A stretch of DNA of 64,000 bases. Source: a bacterium (GTDB lineage: Bacteria > UBA8248). The DNA lies in assembly GCA_965261085.1 (NCBI GenBank), contig OZ253442.1:3616001-3680000 (forward strand), read 5' to 3'. Position 1 is the stretch's first letter, and every line of letters begins with the position of its first letter. Under the pieces are notes generated by a model, which was not told the DNA's origin, did no database searches, and saw nothing but the letters and a program-made list of their open reading frames with translations. Below, piece after piece: positions 40,347 through 49,499 of this stretch. Position numbers and translations under genes: made by a program.

Positions 40347-40773
40347 ATGCGCTTGTGGAGTCTTCACCCGAAATATATCGACGCCAGGGGCCTCGTCGCC
40401 CTGTGGAGAGAAGGCCTCCTCGCCCAGGCGGTTCTCACGGCCAAGACGCGCGGCTACCGCCGCCATCCCCAATTGCTTCGCTTTCACTCAGGCGGCAGAC
40501 CCGCCGCCTTCATCGCCGAATACTTAAGGGCCGTACACGCGGAATCACTCGCACGGGGCTACCGCTTCGACGTAAACAAGACAGGTTGCAGCCGCACTTC
40601 CTCAAAGCTGGAAGTAACAAGCGGCCAGCTCGATTTCGAATGGGCTCATCTCATGAAAAAGCTGGAAACCCGTGCGCCGGAACTACATGAGAGATTGATG
40701 GCGACGGCCTCCCCCCAATCTCATCCCCTGTTCCGCAACGCCCGGCGGGGTTGCGGACTGGGAGCGGCCGTAA
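40347..40773 (+). CDS. Pyrimidine-dimer DNA glycosylase/endonuclease V-like protein with an apparent C-terminal frameshift
   Basis: MRLWSLHPKY..GLVALWRE, HPQL.RF; the typical end PGGVADWERP* lies in another frame. Confidence 0.8.
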
Positions 40774-40860
40774 GTCTCTATTTCAGGACAAGACGAGGCG
40801 CTCGCTTTATGAGAAAATACGCGCGTTGCCCGAAACGTAAGTTCCCTGAGGAGTTTCATC

Positions 40861-41172
40861 ATGAGTCTGAACGTCGAAGCATCGCGAGAGGAGGTCGCCG
40901 CCTTTTGTGAGCGCTGGCAGGTTACACAACTCGCCATTTTCGGCTCGGCGCTGCGGGAAGATTTCGGGCCCGATAGCGACGTAGACCTTCTCGTGAGCTT
41001 CGAAGACGGCGCGCGCCATACGCTCTTTGACATGCACTACATGGAGGAGGAGCTTAAAACGATATTCGGGCGTGAGGTCGATCTCATTGAGCGCGTAGGG
41101 GTCGAACGAAGCCGAAACCACATCCGCCGCGAAGCCATCCTCCAATCCGCCGAGACGATTTATGCGGCGTGA
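40861..41172 (+). CDS. Minimal nucleotidyltransferase (MntA-like antitoxin)
   Basis: FGSALREDFGPDSDVDLL and GREVDL motifs. Confidence 0.9.
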   Translation: MSLNVEASREEVAAFCERWQVTQLAIFGSALREDFGPDSDVDLLVSFEDGARHTLFDMHYMEEELKTIFGREVDLIERVGVERSRNHIRREAILQSAETIYAA

Positions 41173-41500
41173 CGACGCCTGGCTGGTCGACATGTTACAG
41201 GCCGCGAGAGAGGCGGTGGAGTTCGCGAACGGACTGAGCTTCGCGGAATTCGAACAAAACCGCATGGTGCAACTCGCGATCCTGAAAGCTATGGAAATCG
41301 TAGGAGAAGCCGCCTCCCACGTCGGTGCCGACGCACGAGAAGCCTATTCCGAAATTCCCTGGCCTGAAATCGTCGGTATGCGCAATCGTCTCGTGCATGG
41401 ATATTTCAACGTCAATCTGAAGCGTGTGTGGGAAACCGTCCAACAGGACATCCCCCGGCTTATTTCACAACTCGAACGGCTCGCACCGCCGGAGTCTTAG
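41162..41500 (+). CDS. HepT/DUF86 HEPN ribonuclease toxin
   Basis: IVGEAA, IPW and MRNRLVHGY (RX4H) motifs. Confidence 0.9.
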   Translation: MRRDDAWLVDMLQAAREAVEFANGLSFAEFEQNRMVQLAILKAMEIVGEAASHVGADAREAYSEIPWPEIVGMRNRLVHGYFNVNLKRVWETVQQDIPRLISQLERLAPPES

Positions 41501-41749
41501 CCTAACTCTCCCTCATCCACCGCCCAAACCTTGACGAGGGTGTGAAACTCCCCGTTTTCCCCGAACCGGTCGATTCGCTCGGGCAAGGCCGCCATCATAG
41601 TGCGATCGAATCGCTGCCCCACCCGCACGACGCCGTGCGCCTCCTCCGTCACCGCCGAGACCTCACAGAGCACGCCGCTCGCCTCCAAGTCGCCCATCAG
41701 CGCCTCATAGGGCGCGCCCCAGAGCGGAAAGTGAAGCGATGCGCCGTCC
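41497..41749 (-). pseudogene. C-terminal fragment of a Dph6/MJ0570-like PP-loop ATPase
   Basis: FPLWG and GENGEFHT motifs; the N-terminal SGGKDS half is absent. Confidence 0.65.
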
Positions 41750-42673
41750 CTAGGGGATATCAAGGCGCTCCCAGCCTGTACCCTCATGGCCGAAGGCGAA
41801 GGCTTCAGGATGCAGAATTTCCGCCAGTATCTCTGCGGACTCGACCAGCCTCGGCCCCGGGCGGTTGAAGAACTGGTTGCCGTCCGTGACGAACACGCGT
41901 CCCCTTTGCACGGCTTCCAGGCGCGCCCACTCCGCCCGTTCGGTGAGCGCGGGAAGCTCTTGGCGCGAGCGCGCGATGTCGAAGCCGCACGGCATGAGCA
42001 CGATGGTCTCGGGCGCGGCCTCTTCCAGCGCGGCCCACTCCAGCCATGCGGAGTGCTCTCCCCGGATGCCCAGAACGTCCACACCGCCTGCTATTTCCAC
42101 GAGTTCTGGCACCCAGTTGCCCGCCGCCATCAGCGGGTCGTACCACTCGATACACGCGACCCGGGGTCTGCGGCCTATCTCCTGCGCGCGCTCGGCGACG
42201 GCCGCAAGCCTTCCGCGCAACTCATCGAGCAACGCCTCGCCCCGCTCCCCGACTCCCAGGGCCTCGGCCACCGAGGCGATATCGCGCCAGACGTCTTTTA
42301 GTTCATTGGGTTCGAGCGAGAGAACATCGGGTTTTGAGCGCACCAGCCGGCGAACGGCCGCCTGAACGTCTTGTAAGCTCACCGCACAGAGTTCGCATTG
42401 GGACTGCGTCACCACGAGGTCCGGCGCCAGTTCATCGAGAAGAGCGGTGTCGACGCTGTAGACCGAGACGGCTTCTGCCAGCACCGCCTTCACGCGCTCG
42501 TCAATCTCGCGGCTGGCGCCGTTCGGGTCGAATTTGGGCGCCGTGCAAGGCGGCAGAACGTCGATTCCGGCTGGATAGTCGCACTCGTGCGAACGGCCCA
42601 CCAGACGCTCGCCGCAGCCTAAGGCGTGGATGATTTCGGTGCTGCTGGGCAAAAGCGATACGACGCGGTTCAA
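41750..42673 (-). CDS. BtuF-like (cobalamin/Fe-siderophore) binding-fold protein, no signal peptide
   Basis: RVVSLLPSSTEI, GRSHECDYP and DGNQFFNRPGPRL motifs. Confidence 0.88.
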   Translation of the reverse strand: MNRVVSLLPSSTEIIHALGCGERLVGRSHECDYPAGIDVLPPCTAPKFDPNGASREIDERVKAVLAEAVSVYSVDTALLDELAPDLVVTQSQCELCAVSLQDVQAAVRRLVRSKPDVLSLEPNELKDVWRDIASVAEALGVGERGEALLDELRGRLAAVAERAQEIGRRPRVACIEWYDPLMAAGNWVPELVEIAGGVDVLGIRGEHSAWLEWAALEEAAPETIVLMPCGFDIARSRQELPALTERAEWARLEAVQRGRVFVTDGNQFFNRPGPRLVESAEILAEILHPEAFAFGHEGTGWERLDIP

Positions 42674-42874
42674 GGACCCGCCTCCACATCTGATGAAGTT
42701 CGACCGCACGAACCTTAGCATATATCAACATGAACATGCGGCGCAGGCGCGATACGCTTTCAGGCGTGAGGGCACGCCGTGTGCGAGCGATTTGACGCCT
42801 TTGCTCCGCTTGGGCATATATTCATGGCGTTCCCAGCGGGAAACCTCACAGCGAAACCACAGGGCGCATGCGAA

Positions 42875-43702
42875 ATGAGAGCAATAGAGAAAACCGGCGC
42901 ACATCATGTCGCGGCGCGCTTTATTTTCCCCCTCCTCATCCTTCTGATCTTTACGGCTCCGGCGGCGGGAGAGCGACAGGGCAAACGCGATGAGACCGTT
43001 CCCTCCCCTCCCATCATCAAAGTGCTTCCCGATACGAAAGACGGCCGGGCGATGGTGTTCGTGCCGGGGGGCCGCTTCACGCAAGGCTCATACGACGGCA
43101 ACCCTCAGGAGCTTCCCGTGCGAAAGGTCTTCATCTCCCCGTTCTGGATGGATCGCGATGAGGTGTCCGTCGCCGGTTGGGAGAGGTTCCGAGAGACCAC
43201 GGGCCACCGGGCGTCTAAGTATTCTCGGGACAAAACGCTCCACCGGCCTCATCTGCCGGTCGTGGGCGTCTCCTGGTTCGACGCCGGGGCGTATTGCGCC
43301 TGGGCCGGCAAGCGCCTGCCCACCGAAGCCGAGTGGGAAAAGACGGCGCGCGGCGCGGACGCGAGGCGCTACCCGTGGGGCGATTTTTTCGATCGCGCCC
43401 GCGTGGGCGGTGGCGGCCCCCAGCCCGTGGTCGGCAATCCGGGCGGCGAATCGCCCTATGGCGCGCGTTCGATGGCGGGCGGCGTCTGGGAGTGGACGCA
43501 TGATTTCTGGGGCGAGTTCTATTACCGCGAAGCGCCGCTCAAAGACCCGCAGGGGCCGCCTTCCGGGTTTTTGCACACCATTCGGGGCGGTTCGTGGCGC
43601 GAAGGCCCCGAATACTTGAGGAGTGCGGAGCGTTTTCGCCTCGACGGCATCATCCGCTGGAAAATTCTGGGCTTTCGCTGCGCGAAGAGCGGGGGGAGGT
43701 AG
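42875..43702 (+). CDS. FGE-sulfatase (SUMF1/EgtB/PvdO) fold protein
   Basis: KRLPTEAEWEK, YPWG, MAGGVWEW, RGGSW and GFRC motifs; start uncertain. Confidence 0.9.
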   Translation: MRAIEKTGAHHVAARFIFPLLILLIFTAPAAGERQGKRDETVPSPPIIKVLPDTKDGRAMVFVPGGRFTQGSYDGNPQELPVRKVFISPFWMDRDEVSVAGWERFRETTGHRASKYSRDKTLHRPHLPVVGVSWFDAGAYCAWAGKRLPTEAEWEKTARGADARRYPWGDFFDRARVGGGGPQPVVGNPGGESPYGARSMAGGVWEWTHDFWGEFYYREAPLKDPQGPPSGFLHTIRGGSWREGPEYLRSAERFRLDGIIRWKILGFRCAKSGGR

Positions 43703-43782
43703 CGCCCTCCCCTTGCCGGGTCGCCTCCCCTCTGCTAGTTTTTGGGGCAAATCCATTCATCCTTTTCAGGAGGAAACGCGCG

Positions 43783-44304
43783 ATGGCGGAATTCACCGTA
43801 GCCAATTTCAAGGACGTGTCCGGGGGTCTGCAAGAGGGACAGTTCGCAGTCGGCGAGAGGAAAAAGGCGAGCGGCCTGGCGGACCTGGACCCCATCTACA
43901 GAGATTTGCTCGACAAGCAGATTACCGTCACGCTGGGCCTCATCGGCCCCGACGGGCGGGTGAACATGACGCCCATGTGGTTCGACTACGAGGGCGACAC
44001 GATTCTGGTGAACACGGCCGCGCATCGGGCGAAATGCGGATGGATTCGAAACAACCCGCAGTTGACGATCCTGCTCGTGAACCCCGAAAACCCCTACCAC
44101 TGGATGAGCATCAAGTGCACGGTGGTGAACGAGATAAAAGAGGACGGTCCGGGCGGCGAGAAGGCGACCGAGCAACTCGACCGCATCTGGACGAAATACA
44201 CCGGCGCGGACCCGCCCTATGCGCTCAGAGACCCCGTTATCGACGAGAAACGCGTGCTCTTCGAGTGCCGCGTGGACAGGGTGGCCACGTTCGGACAACC
44301 GTAA
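43783..44304 (+). CDS. Pyridoxamine 5'-phosphate oxidase-like (PPOX) protein
   Basis: PDGRVNMTPMWF and NPENPY motifs; AGGAGG RBS. Confidence 0.8.
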   Translation: MAEFTVANFKDVSGGLQEGQFAVGERKKASGLADLDPIYRDLLDKQITVTLGLIGPDGRVNMTPMWFDYEGDTILVNTAAHRAKCGWIRNNPQLTILLVNPENPYHWMSIKCTVVNEIKEDGPGGEKATEQLDRIWTKYTGADPPYALRDPVIDEKRVLFECRVDRVATFGQP

Positions 44305-44459
44305 TAGGGAAGGGCGAAGGCAGAGTCATCCGCGCGGACGTTCCCCGTATTCGTGGGTTCGAAGACCGTATATTTACGGTGGGGCAGTCTCGAATACACA
44401 AAGAGAGATTGTCCCAAACGCGATCTCCAAAATCGTGAAACTCTCTAACCTTGCAATTA

Positions 44460-44672
44460 TTCCCCCCTTGAGGGTCAATTCTGACCGAAGAGGGAAGGAT
44501 TGTCGCAGAAGCCGAGCCCTTTGGGCGAAGGCTGATGCGGTGGGGGGACGATTCTAAAATAAGAGTTCCCCCCACCGGTGAGGGAGGGTTCGCGGTTTTT
44601 TGTAGGGGACGCATACATGCGGCCCGCGTCGTGAAGGCGGAAAATCTAGGGTCGCATATATGCGACCCCTAC
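44460..44672. repeat. Intergenic repeat element plus an inverted REP doublet
   Basis: TGTCGCAGAAGCCGAGCC...GGCGAAGGCTGATGCGGTGGGGGG shared with about 56154-56199 and about 20720-20760; REPs at 44602-44625 and 44649-44672. Confidence 0.75.
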
Positions 44673-44708
44673 AAGGAACCACATCCTTCCGCCTCGGTCG
44701 GGTTTGAC

Positions 44709-45839
44709 CTACCAGACGCAGCCGCGCGCGGCCACGGGAATCACCGCTTCGAGCACGCCATCCTCCATTCCGCCGCGAACGCCGTGGTAGACATCGTAGA
44801 GGTTGATGGTCGGGTCGCAGTGGCTGGGCTGGAACAGGAGCGTCTCGCCGATTTCAGGACGCCTCGAAGCCGGGGATAATTCCAGCACGCCGTGTTCATC
44901 GGACGCCCGCGCGTGCACGGCGCCCTCGAGTTCCACGCAAGGGGCCAGACCGCTGTCCGAGGCGAGGGCCTTGTGGCCGGCGTCCATCACCACGTGTCCG
45001 GGCCCGGGCGCGCTCACCACGGTCGTCAGCACGAAAAGGCTGGGCTTGAAGTCGTCATAGGTGTCGGAATTCTCGCCGCCGATGCTGCGGTAGTGAGAAT
45101 CCATGAACAGATAGCTGCCCGCCTGAAGCTCGCTCAGTACGCCTGACTCCGCATCCCAGCGCCACGATCCCGTGCCGCCGCCGCTCCTGATCTCCATCGG
45201 AAGCCCTGCGGCCTCGAACGCGGCCACGGTCTCGCGCATCAGCTCGATGGCGCGGGCGTAGACCTCGCGCCGCTCTTTGAATCCATCCACATGCTGGGCT
45301 CTGCCCTGGTAGGCCTGAATACCCTTGAGTTCGAGCCCCTTCGCCGCTTCCACGCGCCGGGCCAGTTCCACCGCCGCAGCCCCCGGCGCCACGCCGCAGC
45401 GCCCCTGGCCCACGTCCACGTCGATGAGCACGCCGATTTCCGCTCCGGCCGCCGTCACGGCTTCTGAAAGCATCGCCACTCCCTGGGGATGATCCACCAC
45501 CACCATCAGGCTCGCATGGCGCGCCAGCGCGGCGAGGCGCCTGAGCTTCGAGACGGCCGTGACCTCGCTGCTCACGAGCACGTCCTCCACCCCGCCCTCC
45601 ACCATCACCTCGGCCTCGCTCACCTTCTGGCAGCACACGCCCACGGCGCCGAGCGCCATCTGCTTTCTCGCGAGCCAGGGACTCTTGTGCGTCTTGGCGT
45701 GGGCGCGGAGCCTGACGCCCGTCCCCGCGAGGCGCTTCGCCATCAACGCGAGGTTCTCCTCCATGACGTCCAGGTCGATGAGCAAGGCGGGCGTTTCGAT
45801 TTCGCGCACAGGCGTTCCGATGCTCTGGCTATGGGGCAT
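44709..45839 (-). CDS. DSD1/D-threonine aldolase-family PLP enzyme
   Basis: TPALLID, RAHAKTHK, GGGTG, QAGSY and HCDPT motifs. Confidence 0.92.
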   Translation of the reverse strand: MPHSQSIGTPVREIETPALLIDLDVMEENLALMAKRLAGTGVRLRAHAKTHKSPWLARKQMALGAVGVCCQKVSEAEVMVEGGVEDVLVSSEVTAVSKLRRLAALARHASLMVVVDHPQGVAMLSEAVTAAGAEIGVLIDVDVGQGRCGVAPGAAAVELARRVEAAKGLELKGIQAYQGRAQHVDGFKERREVYARAIELMRETVAAFEAAGLPMEIRSGGGTGSWRWDAESGVLSELQAGSYLFMDSHYRSIGGENSDTYDDFKPSLFVLTTVVSAPGPGHVVMDAGHKALASDSGLAPCVELEGAVHARASDEHGVLELSPASRRPEIGETLLFQPSHCDPTINLYDVYHGVRGGMEDGVLEAVIPVAARGCVW

Positions 45840-45999
45840 GAAAAATCCTCCTCGGGGGGAAATCTTTTTTTCACGAGAACGAAGAATATCACCTGAAAGA
45901 CGCGGCGGGAACCGGCTTGCCCGCCATCCTTTCATGACGCATGATGCGTTTTTATTTTTCACTCAATTTGTCCTACTCGAATTCGGAGGGTTTTTGTTC

Positions 46000-46890
46000 A
46001 TGCGCACGAAGGCGGACGATCTCCTCGAGGGCGCCATCGACGTCCACGCCCACATCTTCCCCCAGGTATTTTTAGAGGAACCCGGGCGCGTGCTGGACCA
46101 TGAATGGGCCGAACTCGCGCGCGACGTCGGCATGCGCGGCTTCGTGATGAAGAGCCACCTGTGGCCCACCATCGCCCAGGCCAGGATTCTGAACGAGGTT
46201 TACCCGGGCGTCACTGCCTTCGGCGCCATCACCCTGAACGCCAACGTGGGCGGGCTTTCGCCCTTTGCCGCGGAAAGCGCGGCGCGCCTCGGCGTGAAAG
46301 TCATCTGGATGCCCACATACTCCGCGGCGAACGACATCGAGGTGGGCGCCTACAGCAAGCGCATCGCGGAGACCTACCAGCAGCCCCCGCCTTCGCAGGG
46401 TCTAACCGTGCTGGACGGAAACGGCGCGGTGCGCCCCGAGGCGGACGCCATACTCGAAATCGCCCGCGATGCGGACGTGGCCGTGGCCACAGGCCACTTG
46501 TCTGCAGAGGAGGGCGTCGCCCTGGCGAGGCGCGCGAAGGAGATCGGGGTCAAAAAATTCATCTTCACCCACCCGATCATCTTCATCGTGAACGCGAGCG
46601 AGGCGCAACTGCGCGAAGTCGCGGACCTGGGCTACATCGTCGAGTTCACGTGGATATCGGCTTTTCCGATGTGGCGCGATCTGGACCCCAAGAAAGTGGC
46701 GGAAACCGCGCGCGCCCTCGGTCCCGAGCGATGCGTGATGAGCACGGACGCGCAACTCGACCTGAATCCCCCGCCGACGGAAATGCTGCGCATGTTCATC
46801 GCCACTATGCTGCGCTTAGGGTTCGAGGAAGAGGAGATTCGCTGGATGGTCCAGCGAAATCCCGCCCGCCTAATGGGTCTCGAAGAATAG
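46000..46890 (+). CDS. Amidohydrolase-like TIM-barrel protein (DUF6282-like)
   Basis: GAIDVHAH, KSH, WMPT, TGH, THP, STD and NPARL motifs. Confidence 0.8.
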   Translation: MRTKADDLLEGAIDVHAHIFPQVFLEEPGRVLDHEWAELARDVGMRGFVMKSHLWPTIAQARILNEVYPGVTAFGAITLNANVGGLSPFAAESAARLGVKVIWMPTYSAANDIEVGAYSKRIAETYQQPPPSQGLTVLDGNGAVRPEADAILEIARDADVAVATGHLSAEEGVALARRAKEIGVKKFIFTHPIIFIVNASEAQLREVADLGYIVEFTWISAFPMWRDLDPKKVAETARALGPERCVMSTDAQLDLNPPPTEMLRMFIATMLRLGFEEEEIRWMVQRNPARLMGLEE

Positions 46891-47068
46891 AAATCAATCG
46901 CACTACACACCCCGATGGATGATTCGGAAGGGACGTTTCGCTTCGATCCGCCTCATCTCGATTTTTTTCTTGACTCCTCTCCTAAATTCCTTACAAAATC
47001 TTAACATTGCATCGCCGCCTTGGTTGATACCATATCAACAGGTTATTGGGGCGGAGGATCCAATTGGC

Positions 47069-47779
47069 ATGAACCGCAAAAACTCCATTCTCATCGTCGA
47101 GGATGAGAAAAACATCGCATCACTCATCGACAAGTCTTTACGCCGGGAAGGTTTCCACACCATCATTGCTCATGACGGGGAGCGGGCCCTGGAACTCGCG
47201 CGCGAGTACGAGCCGATTTTCGTCGTGCTCGATCTGATGCTCCCGAAGATGAACGGGTGGGAGGTTTGCAGGCGGCTCCGAGAGGAGTCCGACGTTCCCA
47301 TCCTGATCCTCACGGCCAAGGAAGGAGAGGTCGACAAACTTTGCGGCTTCTCGCTGGGCGCCGATGATTATGTCGTCAAGCCCTTCAGTCCGAGGGAACT
47401 CATCGAGCGCGTCAAGGCCATCCTCAGGCGCACGAGAAACGCGTGCATGTGCAGGAAGGCGAAACTCTCTTTCGGCAACCTGCTCCTGGAACCCGAAAAA
47501 CACAAACTCACCCGAAACGGCAAACCCATATCGCTCACCCCTTCGGAATACGTGCTGCTCCAGACGCTCATGAGCTCGCCCGGTCGCGTTTTCTCCCGCC
47601 ATGAACTACTCACCAAGCTCTACCAAACGTCGGACGCCGTAGTCGATCGAGTCGTGGACGTCCACATCGGAAAACTCCGGCAAAAAATCGAGTGTGACCC
47701 CGCCAATCCCCACCTCATCCTCACGACGCGCGGCGTGGGATATTGTTTTACAGACGAGGAAAAGCAAGGAGGCAATTAG
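47069..47779 (+). CDS. OmpR-family response regulator
   Basis: VEDE, LDLMLP, GADDYVVKPFS, VDVHI and RGVGY motifs. Confidence 0.95.
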   Translation: MNRKNSILIVEDEKNIASLIDKSLRREGFHTIIAHDGERALELAREYEPIFVVLDLMLPKMNGWEVCRRLREESDVPILILTAKEGEVDKLCGFSLGADDYVVKPFSPRELIERVKAILRRTRNACMCRKAKLSFGNLLLEPEKHKLTRNGKPISLTPSEYVLLQTLMSSPGRVFSRHELLTKLYQTSDAVVDRVVDVHIGKLRQKIECDPANPHLILTTRGVGYCFTDEEKQGGN

Positions 47780-47780
47780 C

Positions 47781-48845
47781 ATGAAAAGTCGTCTGCTCTG
47801 GAAACTTCTGTCCATCAACCTGCCAGTCATTGCACTGGTCATTCTCATCGTCTGGTTGTCGATCGATTTCCTCGCCGCCGATTACTTCGCCGCCCTGATG
47901 CGCAAATACAACATCTCGCCCACGGAAACACACCAGATGTTCCTGAACGCCGTTCATCGCTACATCATCAGTACCAGCCTGGTCGCCATCCTCATGGCCT
48001 TCGTCTTGAGTTTCTTCCTCACCAAGAGAATGCTACGCCCACTCTACGCGATGGCCGAAGTGTCCAGAAAAGTATCGCAAGGCGATTTCACCGCGCGCGC
48101 GGATATTTCATCGAGCGACGAGGTCGGCAGGTTCGGGGTGATGTTCAACCAGATGGCCGACAATCTGGAGAAAATCGAAAAACTAAGACAATCCATGCTG
48201 GTGGATATCGCCCATGAGTTGAGAACCCCGCTCACCACGGTGCGTGGATATCTCGAAGGTCTGGCCGACGGTATCATCCCACCCGCCAAAGAGACGTTCT
48301 CCATGTTGAAGGAGGAAATCTTGCGCCTCGTGCGCCTGGTCCAGGATTTTCAAAAACTTACCCTAGCCGAGGCCGCCAAGGTCTATCTCAGGCGAGAGGA
48401 AATTCAGTTGTCGCATCTGGTGAAGCGCGTCATCGAACTCTATCGGCACGATTTCGAAGTCAAAGGCATAAGGGTGAACCTGGATTTCAACGGCGAGCCA
48501 TGCGCAGTGCAGGCGGATCGGGACAAAATTGTCCAGGCTCTGGGAAATATCGTTCAGAATGCATGGCGGTACACGCCCGAGCAAGGGGAGTTCCGCGTCC
48601 GGGCGGAAGGGTGTGGAAAATATGTAAAGATTATTTTTTCAAATACTTGTCATGAGTTCCCGAAAGAAGATGTCGGCCTCATCTTCGAGAGGTTCTACCG
48701 TGTGGAAAAATCTCGTTCCCGCGACAGCGGGGGGGCGGGCATCGGCCTGGCGATAGTGAAAGCTCTCGTCGAGGCGCATGGAGGCGAAGTGGGCGCCTGG
48801 TATGACGAAGACGCCATCCACATCTGGCTCAGCCTCCCCCACTGA
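47781..48845 (+). CDS. HAMP sensor histidine kinase (BaeS-like)
   Basis: Two TM helices, HAMP, AHELRTPL and GGAGIGL motifs. Confidence 0.95.
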   Translation: MKSRLLWKLLSINLPVIALVILIVWLSIDFLAADYFAALMRKYNISPTETHQMFLNAVHRYIISTSLVAILMAFVLSFFLTKRMLRPLYAMAEVSRKVSQGDFTARADISSSDEVGRFGVMFNQMADNLEKIEKLRQSMLVDIAHELRTPLTTVRGYLEGLADGIIPPAKETFSMLKEEILRLVRLVQDFQKLTLAEAAKVYLRREEIQLSHLVKRVIELYRHDFEVKGIRVNLDFNGEPCAVQADRDKIVQALGNIVQNAWRYTPEQGEFRVRAEGCGKYVKIIFSNTCHEFPKEDVGLIFERFYRVEKSRSRDSGGAGIGLAIVKALVEAHGGEVGAWYDEDAIHIWLSLPH

Positions 48846-49031
48846 TCTCCTGGTTTGCGATTTTTTGACGTTTTTTCATCAATTCACCATATCTTTTTGG
48901 TATGCTCTTCGAAGCGAACTTGTATAGTGGCATCCGCCGATCATCAAAAAAGCCGCCAGCACAGCTTCATGACCCTCCGGTGAATCAAAAACCGGGAGAG
49001 TTGAAAACACACCCGAAAAAGGAACCAGACC

Positions 49032-49496
49032 ATGCGAAACATCCACAAAGCTCTCATGATCCTCCTTACGGTATCCTTGCTCCCCCTCGTATCGAATTCC
49101 GTGACCGCCGCCGAGCCGACCGTCATCACCCTCACCCAGACGGGATGCCAGTTCACCGAGCCCGAGGGCAAGGACCACGGTTTCAAAACCATGGGGTCGG
49201 CCGATTGCAAAGCGATCAACTCCCAAAGCGGAAAGAAGCGCCTCGCCGAAGCCGAGACCATCACGCTCAAACCAGGCAAGTACATTTTCCGGGTGAAAAA
49301 CAGAGACGTGCCTTACCAACTCGGGTTTTATCTGCGAGGCGCAGGCATCGGACGCCTCACGCTGCCGAAGGTTTCGGGGGGCGGTCTCGTGAAGGGGAAA
49401 TCGAGGGATTACGCCATCACCCTGAAAGAGGGCGATTATTATTATTCATGCCCCCTGAACCCGACGCCAGATTACAGTCTGAAGGTGACGAACTAG
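49032..49496 (+). CDS. Exported cupredoxin-like fold protein
   Basis: Signal peptide; LKPGKY and LKEGDYYYSCPLNPTP segments. Confidence 0.7.
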   Translation: MRNIHKALMILLTVSLLPLVSNSVTAAEPTVITLTQTGCQFTEPEGKDHGFKTMGSADCKAINSQSGKKRLAEAETITLKPGKYIFRVKNRDVPYQLGFYLRGAGIGRLTLPKVSGGGLVKGKSRDYAITLKEGDYYYSCPLNPTPDYSLKVTN

Positions 49497-49499
49497 ACT

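Noticed and set aside
42875-43702. DGR target (C-type lectin/FGE fold) or true formylglycine-generating enzyme
   Set aside because: No reverse transcriptase or template repeat seen in the window; the FGE catalytic Cys pair is absent.
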